Shown here one piece after another: positions 62,155 to 64,000 of a DNA stretch of 64,000 nt. The position numbers and the translations under genes were made by a program. The stretch is from Terriglobia bacterium. GTDB lineage: Bacteria; Acidobacteriota; Terriglobia; Terriglobales; Acidobacteriaceae. The notes beneath the pieces are model-generated. The model searched no databases. It saw nothing but the letters and a program-made list of their open reading frames with translations, and had not been told where the DNA came from. How positions within the stretch are numbered: position 1 is the first letter of the stretch; every line of letters begins with the position of its first letter. The stretch is taken from NCBI GenBank assembly GCA_963798155.1, contig CAWCSH010000005.1, positions 382,387 through 446,386 of the forward strand, in the 5' to 3' direction.

Positions 62155-63030
62155 CTAATTGGAACCAGCTTCCTTCTGGCGGTCCGCCTGCGCGGCCAGG
62201 GCGGCGGCAGTCGCGCCCGGGACGCCAGCCTTTGGCTTCGATACGCGAGCCTTAGAGGAGGAGCGGGAAGAACTCGCGGCCGCGTGCGCGGCTTTCGCGG
62301 CCTTCTGTTCCGCCAGTTTCTTGCGGTTGAAGTCGCGGATGATGCGGGCAATGTACGCCTGCGTCTCGTAGTAGGGCGGCACGCCATGGTAGCGGTCCAC
62401 GCGATTCGGACCGGCGTTATAAGCAGCCAGCGCTTTGACCACGTCGTAGTCGTAGCGCTCCAGCAATTCGCGAAGGTAGCGCGTACCGCCTTCCACGTTT
62501 GCTCCGGCGTCGAAAGCGTTGTCGACGCCCAGTTGCGAGGCAGTCTGCGGCATCAGCTGCATGAGGCCCTGGGCGCCCCTGTGGGAAACAGCGTGAGGAT
62601 TGAAGTCGCTCTCGGCGTGGATCACGCTACTGATGAAGTCAGGATCGATGTTGTGGCGGTCTCCGGTGGCATTGATCAATTCCTGGAGCTCCCGTGCGTC
62701 GAGCTTGCGGGTATCGAGTTTCGGCGTAGCTGGTATGGTGCCTGGCGCGCTTGCGAAAGTCTCCACCTTGGGGTGAGCCGGCGTCAGGTCCGCCTCAAAG
62801 CGTTGCACGTCGGCCGTGGGAACGTCCACGTAACTGGCGCGTCCGCTGGTCAGGTAGAGCCGGGTAACGGGCCCGATCTGCTCGCGCCATTCATGGCGGA
62901 TGGAAAACCCATTGTGCAGGATCGCCAGCTCTGAAGCAAATGCGGAGGCGGAGGCTACGACGGCCAGCAGCAGCGCGAGTTGGATGCAGCGTCTCACAGG
63001 ATTCAGGACTTCAAGGTTGCGGTACTGCAA
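62155..63030 (-). CDS. Lytic transglycosylase (SLT domain), secreted
   Basis: SLT catalytic region ESDFNPHAVSHRGAQGLMQLMP...AYNAG. Signal peptide. Ala/Ser/Lys-rich C-terminal tail. Confidence 0.8.
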   Translation of the reverse strand: MQYRNLEVLNPVRRCIQLALLLAVVASASAFASELAILHNGFSIRHEWREQIGPVTRLYLTSGRASYVDVPTADVQRFEADLTPAHPKVETFASAPGTIPATPKLDTRKLDARELQELINATGDRHNIDPDFISSVIHAESDFNPHAVSHRGAQGLMQLMPQTASQLGVDNAFDAGANVEGGTRYLRELLERYDYDVVKALAAYNAGPNRVDRYHGVPPYYETQAYIARIIRDFNRKKLAEQKAAKAAHAAASSSRSSSKARVSKPKAGVPGATAAALAAQADRQKEAGSN

Positions 63031-63874
63031 CCCGCGGCGCGCCTAGAACTTGCTCAATGGCGGCCGCGACTCCACATTGGTCGTTCGAGAGCGTAACTGG
63101 CCAGCCATTCCGCTGCATCTCCAGCGATGCATTCCCCATGATAAAGGGCATTCCCGCGAAGGCAAGCATTTCAATGTCGTTGTAATTGTCACCAATGGCC
63201 ATGACCTGGGAGCGGGGAATACCGCGGTAATTGGCCCAGCGTTCGAGCGCGTGCCCCTTGGAACAGCCCTGATTCAGTACGTCGATCATCAACAGGTCGC
63301 GATGGGGATATTCCGTGCGCAAGACCGTGATCTCATTTTGCAGCCCGGCAGCAGCGAGGACGTCAAGGGCCTGCCGCATACGCTCAATCTTTCCACAGAA
63401 CATGGCCTGCACCGGGTCGTGCGTGAGGCAGTTCTCGATGGGAATGACGAACTCGATGAACTGCATGTTCTTCTCCAGCCAGCGCTGAATGCTCTCGGTA
63501 AGGTCGTTCATGTGTTCGAGAACCAGCGCGCCCTTGATCTCCTGGTCGAAGGTCACCACCATATTGCCGCGAAACTCCTGCATGGCGGCGGCGAGCTTGC
63601 GGCAGGTGGCGGCAGGCAACAGGTCGCGGTGGAAACTCTCGCCCGAGAGCGACCGGGTGACGGCGCCGTTCGAACTGATCAGCCAGAGATCGAAACCCAG
63701 CTGCTGGGCGATGGGAAGCGCGAACGTATGGCGGCGCCCGGTAACCAGAATGATCTCGACTCCCTGGCTGTGCGCCCAGCGCAACGCCGCCAGATCTGGC
63801 TCGGAAATATGGAATTGCGGGTTCAGCAGGGTGCCGTCGATATCGATCGCGAGCAGACGAATAGGCAGGTTCAC
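63011..63874 (-). CDS. Cof-type HAD-IIB phosphatase
   Basis: Motif I AIDIDGTLL. C-terminal GDNYNDIEM (motif IV). Confidence 0.8.
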   Translation of the reverse strand: MNLPIRLLAIDIDGTLLNPQFHISEPDLAALRWAHSQGVEIILVTGRRHTFALPIAQQLGFDLWLISSNGAVTRSLSGESFHRDLLPAATCRKLAAAMQEFRGNMVVTFDQEIKGALVLEHMNDLTESIQRWLEKNMQFIEFVIPIENCLTHDPVQAMFCGKIERMRQALDVLAAAGLQNEITVLRTEYPHRDLLMIDVLNQGCSKGHALERWANYRGIPRSQVMAIGDNYNDIEMLAFAGMPFIMGNASLEMQRNGWPVTLSNDQCGVAAAIEQVLGAPRVAVPQP

Positions 63875-64000
63875 TACTGAAATTCTAGCATCCGGGATGG
63901 GATTCGCTGGGATGACCTAAGACTCGCCAGGACATGCCTTTAAGCATCGCCGAAGGCTGTGTTGGGGCGCATTTGGCGTGGTATAGTGCGCATCAAGAAT

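Overview
This 64-kb window is a high-GC bacterial chromosomal segment that looks Acidobacteriota-like. I infer that from a CarboxypepD_reg-type TonB-dependent receptor, a secreted GH10 xylanase and a Rieske/cytochrome-b6-type bc complex with multihaem cytochromes c; it is not proven. There are no rRNA or tRNA genes, no CRISPR array, and no IS element or integrase.

Positions 1-25,000 hold about 22 consecutive intact genes:
- ilvE (5' part, minus strand, cut by the window edge).
- An SDR oxidoreductase.
- A tightly packed TonB-dependent receptor / carboxymuconolactone-decarboxylase / aminotransferase / secreted amidohydrolase / cupin cluster.
- thrC-thrB.
- The conserved phoH-ybeY-corC-era block.
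- A stand-alone RsbW-like HATPase.
- An NtrY/NtrX-like sigma-54 two-component pair.
- A GH10 xylanase, an EndoIII-like glycosylase and a LuxR-type response regulator.
- A UdgX-like family-4 uracil-DNA glycosylase.

From about 25 kb onward at least 20 genes carry one or more frame disruptions, and most of them are conserved housekeeping or respiratory genes:
- A second sigma-54 response regulator plus its histidine kinase.
- An SPFH protein, an M20 peptidase, ftsK, uppP and a threonine dehydratase.
- DUF420, an ABC-2 permease plus ABC ATPase, and ctaA.
- A cupredoxin-like lipoprotein and c-type cytochromes.
- Split cytochrome b plus Rieske protein.
- hemH, icd, nrdR and a UPF0104 membrane protein.

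Intact genes are interspersed among them: a family-5 SBP, an AraC/GlxA regulator, an L,D-transpeptidase, a lytic transglycosylase, a Cof-type HAD hydrolase and several hypotheticals. The two junctions I reconstructed base by base are single-base deletions in homopolymer runs. The most economical explanation is therefore local sequencing or assembly indel error, not genuine decay, but it must be checked against reads.

The main loci worth a second look are:
- The UdgX-like glycosylase.
- Two paralogous Cys4 small proteins.
- An SBP-headed sigma-54 two-component operon.
- A lysine-rich cupin.
- A roughly 11-kb minus-strand respiratory supercluster that includes a cupredoxin-like lipoprotein and an ABC pair next to DUF420 and ctaA.
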